The position numbers and the translations under genes are program-made. The notes beneath the pieces were generated by a model. That model searched no databases. It worked only from the letters and a program-made list of their open reading frames with translations, and was not told the origin of the DNA. 64,000 nt of DNA from an uncultured Bacteroidales bacterium (GTDB lineage: Bacteria; Bacteroidota; Bacteroidia; Bacteroidales; F082), in the NCBI GenBank assembly GCA_946405575.1, contig CAMJHP010000005.1, positions 20,908 through 84,907 on the forward strand. The letters are read 5' to 3'. Below are positions 42,553 through 52,477 of this stretch, one piece after another. Numbering within the stretch: the stretch's first letter is position 1; each line of letters begins with the position of its first letter.

Positions 42553-43722
42553 ATGATCAAAAAAGTATTTGTTTCAGGTTGTTATGACCTCCTGCATAGC
42601 GGTCATGTGGAATTTTTCCGACAAGCGGCGCAATTCGGCGACCTTTATGTCGGTATCGGCTCCGACGAGACTATCCTGCACTACAAAAACCATAAAACTC
42701 TATATCCCGAAAAGGAACGCCTTTTTATGGTAAAAGCCATCCGTTATGTGAAAGACGCTTTCATCAACGATGGGAATGGTGTGATGGACTTCATAGGTAC
42801 GGTTGATAGGCTAAAGCCTGACATTTTTATAGTTAACGAAGATGGTGCCTCTGAAGAAAAACAAAGGTTTTGCGAAGACCGTGGCATTGAGTATGTAGTC
42901 CTACAACGCACGCCTTCCGAAGGTTTGGAAGCCCGTTCATCGACAGCATTGAAGCATAACCTTTGTCAAATTCCCACCCGTTTGGACTTAGCTGGCACCT
43001 GGATTGACCAACCATACGTCTCGTGTTTTGCTCCAGGATGGGCCATTACCATTTCTCTTGAACCAACTTTCGAGATACGTGAACGCTGTGGTCTCTCCAC
43101 TTCGACCCGAAATATGATTAAAAAAATCTGGCCGATGCATCTCCCTGATATGAATCCTGAAATTCTCGCTAAGTTGGTATTCTGTTTTGAAAACGACCCC
43201 GAACGCAACGATGGCATCATCAGTGGAGCGCAAGACAGCATTGGCATCTGTATGCCTGGGCTGGTACGCCATTATTATGACAAACTCTATTGGCCAATCA
43301 GATTTGAAACCTGCCAAAATGAAACTATTTTGAACTGGCTTGAAAATCACCTCATTATGATTCCTATGGAACCACGTCGTCCAGGTTGTTCGGTAGTAGA
43401 AGGAAAGGATATTACCAAACTGAAAGTAAAAGCTCTGGCTAAAGCCGCTGACGACTGTTGGAATGCAATTTTGAATATGGATCTGGATGGTTTTGCCTCA
43501 GCTTATAAAGCTTCCTTCAATGCACAAACTTCAATGTTCCCTGCTATGATTCAAGGTTCCGTGCAAGATTATATCGACGAATATTCCACTATGGATGATG
43601 TGCTTGCTTGGAAAATGCCTGGTGCTGGTGGCGGTGGTTATCTTGCCTGCGTAGTCAAAGATACTGATGCTTTCTGTAAGTATCATCCTGATGCTATCAT
43701 ATTAAAAATCAGAAGAAAATGA
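42553..43722 (+). CDS. fusion protein: cytidylyltransferase-fold nucleotidyltransferase (N-terminal) plus GHMP sugar-kinase-like domain (C-terminal)
   Basis: The N-terminal part has GCYDLLHSGH (HxGH) and RSSTALK. The C-terminal part has IPTRLDLAGTWIDQP, CGLSTST (degenerate motif II), GAQDS and MPGAGGGGY (motif III). Confidence 0.75.
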   Translation: MIKKVFVSGCYDLLHSGHVEFFRQAAQFGDLYVGIGSDETILHYKNHKTLYPEKERLFMVKAIRYVKDAFINDGNGVMDFIGTVDRLKPDIFIVNEDGASEEKQRFCEDRGIEYVVLQRTPSEGLEARSSTALKHNLCQIPTRLDLAGTWIDQPYVSCFAPGWAITISLEPTFEIRERCGLSTSTRNMIKKIWPMHLPDMNPEILAKLVFCFENDPERNDGIISGAQDSIGICMPGLVRHYYDKLYWPIRFETCQNETILNWLENHLIMIPMEPRRPGCSVVEGKDITKLKVKALAKAADDCWNAILNMDLDGFASAYKASFNAQTSMFPAMIQGSVQDYIDEYSTMDDVLAWKMPGAGGGGYLACVVKDTDAFCKYHPDAIILKIRRK

Positions 43723-43873
43723 TTAATTTCAAGAATATAAAATAAAACTTACACAAAAGTCTTTCACCTACGGTACAATGAATTGGAGAATAAAAATCGC
43801 CCAAGATTTTCATCTCAAATTCAAAATACCCAGAATGGAAACTCTGAAATTCTCAAATTCTTGATAAAATACT

Positions 43874-45181
43874 TTGAATATGAACAAAGAAAATGTTGTA
43901 GAAAAAAAGTACCTTTTAGCTTTCGTATTGGTGACTTGTTGTTTCGCCTTGTGGGGTTTTGCCAACGACATCACCAACCCTATGGTGAAGGCATTTTCCA
44001 AAATCTTTCGTATGAGCGTCACCGATGGCGCATTAGTGCAATTGGCATTCTACGGAGGTTATTTTTGTATGGCGTTACCCGCAGCGCTTTTCGTGCGGAA
44101 ATACTCCTATAAAGCAGGTCTGCTAATGGGGCTAGGTCTATATGCCATTGGTGCCTTGATGTTTATCCCCGCCAAGGCAACCGGAAACTACTATCCCTTC
44201 CTCTTTGCTTATTTCGTACTGACTTGTGGCCTTTCTTTCTTAGAAACGACCGCCAATCCCTACATCCTTTCTATGGGTGATAAAGAAACCGCTACGCGCC
44301 GACTCAATTTGGCCCAGGCATTTAATCCTATAGGTTCACTGGCAGGTATGTTTGTTGCGATGCAGTTTATCCAAGCCAAACTCAACCCTTTGAGCACTGA
44401 GGAACGCGCCTTGCTCAAAGAAGAGCAATTCAACGCCGTGAAAACTGCCGATCTTGCTGTGTTGAGTCGACCATACGTTATTATTGGAGCAGTATTGGTG
44501 GTTTTCTTTGTTGTCATACTGTTGTTAGTAAAAGTGCAACCAAAACAAGAAAAAAGCCGCGACCAGAAATTTGGTCCTACAATAAAGAGACTTTGGCAAA
44601 ACAAACCTTATCGATTTGGTGTTGTGGCACAATTCTTCTATGTTGGTGTCCAAATTATGTGCTGGACTTTCATCATCCAGTATGGCACAAGGGTCTTTAT
44701 GAATGAAGGTATGACAGAGCAAGCCGCTGAAATGCTTTCGCAACGCTACAATATTGTTGCTATGGCTATTTTCTGTGTAAGCCGTTTCATTTGTACTTTT
44801 CTGCTGAAATACATCCATCCGTCTAAATTGTTGACCTATTTGGGCATTGCTGGTGCTTTGTTGGTATTGGGAGTCATCTTCCTTGATGGTCGGACAGGAA
44901 TATACTGTTTGGTGGCCGTTTCAGCTTGTATGAGTCTTATGTTCCCAACCATCTATGGCATCGCCTTGACGGATACAGGTGAAGATGCCAAGTTAGGTGC
45001 TGCGGGTCTCATTATGGCCATTTTAGGCGGTTCTGTTTTGCCTCCCTTGCAGGCTCGCATCATTGATGGCAATGGACTTGGCAGTATTCCTGCAGTAAAT
45101 CTAAGCTTCATTTTGCCTCTATTATGCTTTGTTACTATTGTTATTTACGGTCTTTTCATCACTAAAACCAACAAACAATGA
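43874..45181 (+). CDS. fucP: L-fucose:H+ symporter-type MFS permease
   Basis: FALWGFANDITNPMVKAF is typical of the FucP family. The protein is 435 aa with 12 TM helices. Confidence 0.8.
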   Translation: MNMNKENVVEKKYLLAFVLVTCCFALWGFANDITNPMVKAFSKIFRMSVTDGALVQLAFYGGYFCMALPAALFVRKYSYKAGLLMGLGLYAIGALMFIPAKATGNYYPFLFAYFVLTCGLSFLETTANPYILSMGDKETATRRLNLAQAFNPIGSLAGMFVAMQFIQAKLNPLSTEERALLKEEQFNAVKTADLAVLSRPYVIIGAVLVVFFVVILLLVKVQPKQEKSRDQKFGPTIKRLWQNKPYRFGVVAQFFYVGVQIMCWTFIIQYGTRVFMNEGMTEQAAEMLSQRYNIVAMAIFCVSRFICTFLLKYIHPSKLLTYLGIAGALLVLGVIFLDGRTGIYCLVAVSACMSLMFPTIYGIALTDTGEDAKLGAAGLIMAILGGSVLPPLQARIIDGNGLGSIPAVNLSFILPLLCFVTIVIYGLFITKTNKQ

Positions 45182-45501
45182 AACGTTATTGCCAGACATT
45201 AGAACTTGTTGATGACCCAGAACTCATCGAAAAATATTGCGATATCCATGCCCATGTATGGCCCGAGGTGGTGGCTGGACAACGTGAAGTCGGCATTTTG
45301 GATATGCAGATCTACCGCTATGATACTCATATATTTATGATTTGCGACACTATTGATGAATTTGACTGGGAAAAAGATATGGCACGATTGGCTACTTTAC
45401 CTCGTCAAGCCGAATGGGAAGCATATGTAGCCCAATGCCAAGGTGCTGACCCAAATTTGCCTTCAACAAGTAAATGGAAACTAATGGAAAAAATATTTTG
45501 A
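45178..45501 (+). CDS. RhaM-family (L-rhamnose mutarotase-like) sugar mutarotase
   Basis: 107 aa with the RhaM-family pattern ..H..VWPEV......G..........IF...., and an ATGA overlap with fucP. Confidence 0.7.
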   Translation: MKRYCQTLELVDDPELIEKYCDIHAHVWPEVVAGQREVGILDMQIYRYDTHIFMICDTIDEFDWEKDMARLATLPRQAEWEAYVAQCQGADPNLPSTSKWKLMEKIF

Positions 45502-45552
45502 TGGTGAAATAGAAAAAATTGTACTTTTGCAAAATAATAAAATTATTTCCCA

Positions 45553-47466
45553 ATGAGAAAACCAATTATTCGCTTTTGTGATTTCATATTTGGAAAGCAT
45601 AAGAATAATACGCTTCCCCGCTATTGGATACTTGCAGTTGACATGCTTATTGTCATTATTGCTTATACCATAGCACTATTTATGTTGTACTTTAAGGATT
45701 TCGGTGCATCGTCTTTCGATTGGAGTCGTATTTGGCTTGTTCCTGTGATCTATTTGATTACCTTCCTCATCAGCAGGACATATGATGGAATGTTGCGTTA
45801 TGCTGGATTCAATGATATAAGAAAAATCTTTTATGCATGCACAAGCGCCTTATCATTTCTCATCATTAGTAAATTGATAATCCATCAAATCTCTCCAGCT
45901 ATTGCTAAAGATTTATATCCTCGTTATGTAACCATTATCTACCATTATCTTATAGTTATGGTTATGATGATTATTACACGCTTTACTATCAGACGTTTGT
46001 ATAATGAGATTTATAAAAACAACGGCGAAAAGATGAACACAATCATCTATGGTGCAGGCGATGGCGGTACCGTGTTAATGCGTACTTTGAACCAAGACAA
46101 TAGATCAAGATTTAGGATTAAAGCTTTTGTAGATGATGACCAAAAACGTGTTGGATCTCAAATCAATACCATAAAAGTCTATTCACCTAAAACAGCAATG
46201 GCACCAGAATTCATTAAAAAAAATGGTATTGAAGTTATGATTTTGGCCATACCTAGTTTAAGTGAAAAGCGTCAAAAAGAAATCATCGAACAGGGTATGG
46301 CTCTCAATCTCATTGTGAAATCCATTCCTTCGTTCGACAAATGGGTGGATGGAAAAATAGAAACCAACCAAATCCAAGACATCAAAATTGAAGACCTTTT
46401 AGGTCGCAAGCCTATCATCTTGGGCAAAAGCAACGTCATTCGCGAAATCAATGAAAAAGTGGTATTGGTCACAGGTGCTGCCGGTTCCATAGGAAGTGAA
46501 ATCTGCCGTCAGATAATGCATTACAATCCTTCCAAACTTATTATGCTTGACCAAGCTGAATCGCCGATGTATGACTTCCAATTTGAGATGAACAACACGC
46601 CAGATTTCAAGGAAAAACATGACAAAATGTCCTTTGTCATCACCAATGTCAAAGACCCTATTCGTATGAGGGAAGTCTTCGAGATGTATCATCCTCAAGT
46701 GGTGTTTCATGCCGCAGCCTACAAGCATGTGCCATTTATGGAAGAAAATGCTTACGAAGCCGTGTTTGTCAATGTGTTCGGTACCAAACTCGTTGCTGAT
46801 TTGGCCATAGAATATGCTGTCGAAAAATTTGTTATGATTTCAACTGATAAAGCTGTTAACCCAACCAACGTGATGGGAGCAACAAAACGCATTGCAGAGA
46901 TTTATACGCAAAGTCGACAATGCAAAACTAAGTTTATCACCACACGATTCGGCAATGTTTTGGGTTCGAATGGCTCTGTCGTGCCTTTGTTCCGCAAACA
47001 AATCGAAAAAGGTGGTCCCATTACCGTAACCGACCGACGTATCACCCGGTTCTTTATGACCATTCCCGAGGCCTGTAGCCTTGTTCTTGAGGCTGGTTCC
47101 ATCGGTGATGGTGGCGACATTTTTGTCTTCGATATGGGCGAAAAAGTAAAGATTTGGGATTTGGCTGAAAAAATGCGTAAACTTGCCCATCGTCCCGATA
47201 TTGAAATCATCGAGACAGGTTTGCGTCCTGGTGAAAAACTTTACGAAGAAGTTTTGGCCAATGAGGAGAACACCATCAAGACCGACAACGAGAAGATCAT
47301 GCATGCTGTGGTGAGAAAATATGAATCCACAGAAGTTGACGAAATGATTGAAAAACTCCACGAGGAACTCGAAACTTGTGATCCAATGAAGATTGTGGCA
47401 CAAATGAAGGTTATTGTTCCTGAATTCAAGAGTAATAATAGCATTTTCAGCCAGTTGGACAAATAA
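45553..47466 (+). CDS. membrane-bound NDP-sugar 4,6-dehydratase/epimerase (CapD/PglF/WbpM type)
   Basis: N-terminal TM helices and the Rossmann motif VLVTGAAGSIGSE, with CapD-like sequence overall. Confidence 0.85.
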   Translation: MRKPIIRFCDFIFGKHKNNTLPRYWILAVDMLIVIIAYTIALFMLYFKDFGASSFDWSRIWLVPVIYLITFLISRTYDGMLRYAGFNDIRKIFYACTSALSFLIISKLIIHQISPAIAKDLYPRYVTIIYHYLIVMVMMIITRFTIRRLYNEIYKNNGEKMNTIIYGAGDGGTVLMRTLNQDNRSRFRIKAFVDDDQKRVGSQINTIKVYSPKTAMAPEFIKKNGIEVMILAIPSLSEKRQKEIIEQGMALNLIVKSIPSFDKWVDGKIETNQIQDIKIEDLLGRKPIILGKSNVIREINEKVVLVTGAAGSIGSEICRQIMHYNPSKLIMLDQAESPMYDFQFEMNNTPDFKEKHDKMSFVITNVKDPIRMREVFEMYHPQVVFHAAAYKHVPFMEENAYEAVFVNVFGTKLVADLAIEYAVEKFVMISTDKAVNPTNVMGATKRIAEIYTQSRQCKTKFITTRFGNVLGSNGSVVPLFRKQIEKGGPITVTDRRITRFFMTIPEACSLVLEAGSIGDGGDIFVFDMGEKVKIWDLAEKMRKLAHRPDIEIIETGLRPGEKLYEEVLANEENTIKTDNEKIMHAVVRKYESTEVDEMIEKLHEELETCDPMKIVAQMKVIVPEFKSNNSIFSQLDK

Positions 47467-47472
47467 GCTGAC

Positions 47473-50400
47473 ATGTACACCATCCATACTGACCCTCTGC
47501 ATCGCATCGCTTATGCTACCGATGCATCTGCTTATCGTGAGATGCCGAAAGGCGTAGCATTTCCTGAAAATGAACAGGATATTGTCTACTTGACTGAAAT
47601 GGCACGCAAACATAAAACCCATCTTATTCCAAGAGCTGGTGGTACTTCTATTGCTGGTCAAGTAGTAGGTAACGGTATTGTGGTTGACATCAGCAAACAT
47701 TTTAATAAATTATTGGAAATCAATAAAAAAGAACATTGGGCAAGGGTACAACCTGGAGTCGTGCTTGATGAGTTGAATCTTGCGTTGGAACCATATGGTC
47801 TTTTTTTCAGTCCAGAGACTTCCACCAGCAACCGTTGCTGTATCGGTGGAATGTTCGGCAACAATTCTTGCGGCTCACATTCGCTGATTTACGGAAGTAC
47901 AAGACATCATGTGTTGGAAGCTCGAGGCGTGCTTTGTGACGGAAGTATTGAAGTGTTCAAAACATACACTATCAAAGAATTGGAGGAACGGTTCGGAAAA
48001 CGTTTTTGGGAAACCAACCGTCAATGTCACTCCTCACAAGAACTTGCTGGGATGTCGATGGAAACACTTCGCATTCAACAAAATCAATCTATCAATGATA
48101 GTTTTCAGCAAAATTCGCTGATACTAAACATATACTCCCAACTTATCCGTTGGGCTTTGAATGACAATACAGTCTTTCTGATAGAGAAAAACTATCCCGA
48201 CAAGAGTCTACGCCGGCGTTCATGCGGTTACGCCATTGATGAGGTAATTGAAGATCTTCATAATGTTTCAAAACCGTTTGAAGAGCGTACTATCAACTTG
48301 TGCAAAGTTTTAGCCGGCAGTGAAGGTACTTTGGCTTTTATCACCGAGATAAAAGTCGACCTTGACCCTATACCACCCAAAGAGAAAATGGTAGTCTGCG
48401 CACATTGTGATACGCTACAAAAGAGTTTTTTGGGTAACTTAGTCGCTCTAAAATTCCATCCTTCAGCTGTCGAACTGATGGATCGAAACATTTTGGAACT
48501 CAGCAAACAGAATGTTGAGCAACAAAAAAACCGTTTCTTTGTTCAAGGCGACCCTTCAGCTATTCTTATCATCGAATTGCGTGGAGAAACTCGTAAAGAA
48601 ATCGACACCATTGCCGACCAACTGGAACAAGCAATAATGCAAAATGAAGAGCACTTGGCATATGCCTGCTCACGAGTCTATGGCTCCGAAATCAGTAAGG
48701 TTTGGAGTCTGCGCAAAGCAGGTTTGGGATTGCTCACTGGTATGAAAGGTGATGCCAAGCCTATCGGTGTAATCGAAGACACTGCTGTGGCACCCGAGAA
48801 GTTGCCTGCCTATATGGCCGACTTCGCCCAAATGTTAGATAGACTAGATTTAAGTTGCGTCTATCATGCTCATATCAGCACAGGAGAGTTGCATCTTAGA
48901 CCCATCATCAACATAAAAGAGGAAGAAGGCAAGCGAAAGTTCCGTGAGGTGGCTTATCAGACAGCCCTATTGGTCAAGAAATACAAAGGTTCTTTAAGTG
49001 GTGAACATGGCGACGGACGACTGCGTGGCGAGTTTATCCAGCTGCTATATGGCAATGAAGTCTATACCTTGATGCAAGAGCTGAAGAAGTGTTGGGATCC
49101 TATGCAAGTCTTCAATCTACACAAGATAGTTGACACTTTGCCAATGGACAGTATGTTGCGCTTTGATGTCAACCAGCAATATGCTATCGAAAAAGAACTT
49201 GGCGAAGGCAAAACCTATTATAACTGGAAGGCTGCATTCGACGAATGCAAGGTGGAAGGTGCTACGGGTGCAAAAAACCAACTTCATGCCTTGATATGCA
49301 GCATAGAGCAATGCAACGGCGCTGGAGATTGCCGCAAGTCGAATTTGATTGGTGGCACTTTATGTCCTGCTTTCAAAGTAAGCGGGGACGAAACCAAGGC
49401 CACACGTGCTCGTGCCAATGTATTGAGAGAGATTCTGACGAGAGGGTGGGGGAGCGAAGCTTTTACGACGGCCTTGCATAAAGAGAAAAGCGTATTGAAA
49501 TCAAAGGAACTTGCTGAGGTTTTGGATAGTTGCTTAGCCTGCAAAGGATGCCGCAGCGAATGTCCTTCCAATGTAGATATGACACGCTTGCGCTCTGAAA
49601 TCTTGCAGCATAAATACGACATCGACGGAATGCCTTTGCGTTCTTTTGCCGTTTCACGAATGGCCACAGTAGAGCAATTCGGCCATATCGTCTGGCCTTT
49701 TTATAATTTGTTCGCTTCGTGGAAATTTTCATCCAACATCATCAAGAATGTCATTAAGTTCACAACCGAAAGAGACATTCCGACCCTCAGTCGTGTCACG
49801 ATGCGAAAAGCTGTCCAACAAGAATGCCGTAAACATCGTGGCATAGCTACCAAAGGCAAAATTTACCTTTTTGCAGATGAGTTCACCAACTTTCAGGAAG
49901 CCGAATTAGGCCTGACCTTCGCCAAACTGCTTTTGCACTTGGGTTATGAAGTAGAAATCCCAAAGCATGTTGAAAGTGGTCGTGCTGCCATCTCAAAAGG
50001 CAATCTAAAGTTGGCTAAAAAGTTTGCCATCAAAAATGTTAACCTTTTGAAAGACAAGATTTCAGAACAAACCCCTTTGGTTGGCATTGAACCATCTTGC
50101 ATCCTCAGTTTTCGCGATGAATATCCCGATTTGGTACCTACTGAACTCCGTCAACAAGCACAACAATTAGGTCACAATGCATTGCTTTTTGATGAGTTCA
50201 TCATTCGTGAAATAAAGGTTGGCCACATTACCACTTCCGATTTCAAATCTGATGTAGTGGAAATTTGGCTTCACGGTCATTGCCATCAGAAGGCTTTGGT
50301 AGGAACCGAGAATACCGTAAAAGCATTCAAACTTCTCAGTGGCGCCAAAATTCATGTGATTCCAAGTGGCTGTTGTGGTATGGCAGGGTCTTTCGGCTAC

Positions 50401-50601
50401 GAAAAAGAACACTACAAAACCTCATTGGCCATCGGTGAAATGGTGTTGTTTCCGACCATCCGCAAGGCAGTAGCTAACGCTAATGGTAATGCACCATGCC
50501 TAGTTTCAGCTCCTGGCACTTCCTGCCGCCAGCAAATTCTTGATGGTACAGGTATCCACGCTGTGCATCCCATAGAAATCCTTTACCGTTGGGTAAAATA
50601 A
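47473..50601 (+). CDS. FAD-binding oxidase fused to Fe-S/CCG domains (YdiJ / GlcD-GlcF-fusion type 2-hydroxyacid dehydrogenase)
   Basis: 1042 aa. RAGGTSIAGQ marks the FAD PCMH domain. Two Cys clusters are present (CNGAGDCRK, CLACKGCRSECP), plus the CCGMAGSFG motif. Confidence 0.8.
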   Translation: MYTIHTDPLHRIAYATDASAYREMPKGVAFPENEQDIVYLTEMARKHKTHLIPRAGGTSIAGQVVGNGIVVDISKHFNKLLEINKKEHWARVQPGVVLDELNLALEPYGLFFSPETSTSNRCCIGGMFGNNSCGSHSLIYGSTRHHVLEARGVLCDGSIEVFKTYTIKELEERFGKRFWETNRQCHSSQELAGMSMETLRIQQNQSINDSFQQNSLILNIYSQLIRWALNDNTVFLIEKNYPDKSLRRRSCGYAIDEVIEDLHNVSKPFEERTINLCKVLAGSEGTLAFITEIKVDLDPIPPKEKMVVCAHCDTLQKSFLGNLVALKFHPSAVELMDRNILELSKQNVEQQKNRFFVQGDPSAILIIELRGETRKEIDTIADQLEQAIMQNEEHLAYACSRVYGSEISKVWSLRKAGLGLLTGMKGDAKPIGVIEDTAVAPEKLPAYMADFAQMLDRLDLSCVYHAHISTGELHLRPIINIKEEEGKRKFREVAYQTALLVKKYKGSLSGEHGDGRLRGEFIQLLYGNEVYTLMQELKKCWDPMQVFNLHKIVDTLPMDSMLRFDVNQQYAIEKELGEGKTYYNWKAAFDECKVEGATGAKNQLHALICSIEQCNGAGDCRKSNLIGGTLCPAFKVSGDETKATRARANVLREILTRGWGSEAFTTALHKEKSVLKSKELAEVLDSCLACKGCRSECPSNVDMTRLRSEILQHKYDIDGMPLRSFAVSRMATVEQFGHIVWPFYNLFASWKFSSNIIKNVIKFTTERDIPTLSRVTMRKAVQQECRKHRGIATKGKIYLFADEFTNFQEAELGLTFAKLLLHLGYEVEIPKHVESGRAAISKGNLKLAKKFAIKNVNLLKDKISEQTPLVGIEPSCILSFRDEYPDLVPTELRQQAQQLGHNALLFDEFIIREIKVGHITTSDFKSDVVEIWLHGHCHQKALVGTENTVKAFKLLSGAKIHVIPSGCCGMAGSFGYEKEHYKTSLAIGEMVLFPTIRKAVANANGNAPCLVSAPGTSCRQQILDGTGIHAVHPIEILYRWVK

Positions 50602-50635
50602 AAGACTATTCTTGGAGTTCTATAAAAAAAAGAAG

Positions 50636-50643
50636 TATCTTTG
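50636..50643 (+). promoter_or_regulatory. -7 box TATCTTTG
   Basis: Exact match, 27 nt before the ATG at 50671. Confidence 0.5.
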
Positions 50644-50670
50644 CAACATTGAACTTAAGATGTCATTGTT

Positions 50671-51417
50671 ATGAAAAAGTCATTTTTTCTTCTTATGCTG
50701 TTTATTTTGGTCGCAGCAGGATGCAAACCCAAAGACCCGAATCAAGTGGATGCTGAGCCTTACACGCTATGCGACAGCATCTACCTCGAAAATGAGTATG
50801 AAAAAGGCTATTCACATTACACCACGAACATAGATTTGCCCATCACAACAAATGAGTCTCTACGAAAGAGCATCCTCCATTGGATGCTATCTCCTGAAGT
50901 TGAGGACTATAAGGCATTTCTAAAAGATGAAATGGACCAATTCTTTGCAGAGGAAGGCAGTGAACCAAGATCGGAACTCGAAAACAATTACACCCTTTCG
51001 GAACAAAACGACCATTATGTCACCTATATTTCCGAAGGATTTATTTATACTGGAGGTGCTCATCCTGTGCCTTGGTATTATGGCACCACCTTCAGCAAAA
51101 TCGATGGAAGCATTGTGGGTTACGATATGTTTAACGACCCAGAGCAACTCGCAGAAATCATTACCAAAAATATACGAAAACAGTATTTTGAAAGCTATGA
51201 CTTAATCGAAGAAATGTTTGACACTGGGGAAGAAGGTTCGTTTGTATTGCCAGAAAATGAACCTTGGATTGAGACCGACAGCATCGTGTTTTGCTACCAG
51301 TCTTATGAAATTGCGCCCTATTCAGCGGGAATGCCTTTGTGCAAGATTTCAAAAGAAGACCTTTGGCCATATCTGAGCGAAAAAGGAAAGTCTTTATTCA
51401 CAAATCAACAGCAATGA
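50671..51417 (+). CDS. DUF3298/DUF4163-like lipoprotein
   Basis: Lipobox VAAGC, and YTGGAHPVPWYYGTTF resembles the DUF3298 (RsiV/PdaC-like) signature. The family is recalled from memory. Confidence 0.6.
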   Translation: MKKSFFLLMLFILVAAGCKPKDPNQVDAEPYTLCDSIYLENEYEKGYSHYTTNIDLPITTNESLRKSILHWMLSPEVEDYKAFLKDEMDQFFAEEGSEPRSELENNYTLSEQNDHYVTYISEGFIYTGGAHPVPWYYGTTFSKIDGSIVGYDMFNDPEQLAEIITKNIRKQYFESYDLIEEMFDTGEEGSFVLPENEPWIETDSIVFCYQSYEIAPYSAGMPLCKISKEDLWPYLSEKGKSLFTNQQQ

Positions 51418-52466
51418 ACAACTATTGTATCATCATGGCCGGCGGCATCGGTAGCCGTTTTTGGCCACTTAGTAAAGATAACTATCCAAAACAATTCTTA
51501 GATATTCTCGGTACGGGAAAAAGTTTCATTCGTAGCACCTACGAGCGTTTCAGCCCTGTCATTCCTGACGAAAACTTCCTTGTAGTAACTAACAAAGCTT
51601 ACAAACATTTGGTTCTTGAACATTTGCCTATGCTTAAGTGCGACCAAGTGCTTTGTGAACCAGCTCGACGCAACACGGCTCCCTGCATTGCTTATGCGGT
51701 CTACCACATCCAAAGCTGCTGCAAGGATGCCAATATTGTCGTTACTCCAGCTGACCATTTGGTAACCAACGAAGCAGAGTTTCAGCGTATTATCCGATTA
51801 GGTTTCGACTTTTTGTCTAAAAACACAAACGCTTTAATGACCATTGGCATCAAGCCAAGTCGACCTGAGACGGGGTATGGCTACATTCAAGTTCCCAAAC
51901 AGAACATACTTCCAGAAATAGTGAAAGTCGAAATGTTCAAAGAAAAACCAAATTACGACACCGCCGTAAAATTTGTCGCCGAAGGCAATTATCTATGGAA
52001 CAGTGGTATTTTCATATGGACCTTAAACGGCATAATGCAAGCTTTCAAAGAATATTTGCCCGAAATGGTTGGTATCTTCGAAAACGGTAAACACAACTTT
52101 GGCACACCTGAGGAACAAAATTTCATCAACAATCATTTTGTGGACTGCCCCAATGTCAGCATCGACTACGGTGTGATGGAAAAGTCACCCAACACTTTTA
52201 CCATTCCTGCCGATTTTGGTTGGAGCGATATTGGCACATGGGGCTCATTGTTCACCCATGCAAAAAAGGACGAAAATGGCAATGCCAAACGCGGAAGCGT
52301 AGTCTCTATAGACAATCGGAATACCATTATCAATATCGAAGAAGGCACTGAAGCTATCGTGGAAGGCTTGGAAGATTACTTGGTTGCCTATCGTGACCAT
52401 TCGTTGCTCGTGTGTCGACTTCAAGACGAACAGCAAATCAAAAATTGGATTGAAGAATTGAAGTAA
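51414..52466 (+). CDS. mannose-1-phosphate guanylyltransferase
   Basis: MAGGIGSRFWPLS motif. The start MNNYCIIMAGG at 51414 (ATGA overlap with the upstream stop) is preferred over 51339. Confidence 0.85.
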   Translation: MNNYCIIMAGGIGSRFWPLSKDNYPKQFLDILGTGKSFIRSTYERFSPVIPDENFLVVTNKAYKHLVLEHLPMLKCDQVLCEPARRNTAPCIAYAVYHIQSCCKDANIVVTPADHLVTNEAEFQRIIRLGFDFLSKNTNALMTIGIKPSRPETGYGYIQVPKQNILPEIVKVEMFKEKPNYDTAVKFVAEGNYLWNSGIFIWTLNGIMQAFKEYLPEMVGIFENGKHNFGTPEEQNFINNHFVDCPNVSIDYGVMEKSPNTFTIPADFGWSDIGTWGSLFTHAKKDENGNAKRGSVVSIDNRNTIINIEEGTEAIVEGLEDYLVAYRDHSLLVCRLQDEQQIKNWIEELK

Positions 52467-52477
52467 AAACAACAGCC

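Noticed and set aside
46840-47700. A 286-aa minus-strand ORF spanning the junction of the CapD-like and oxidase genes.
   Set aside because: It is antisense to two well-supported + strand genes, and I recognise no motifs, signal peptide or promoter.
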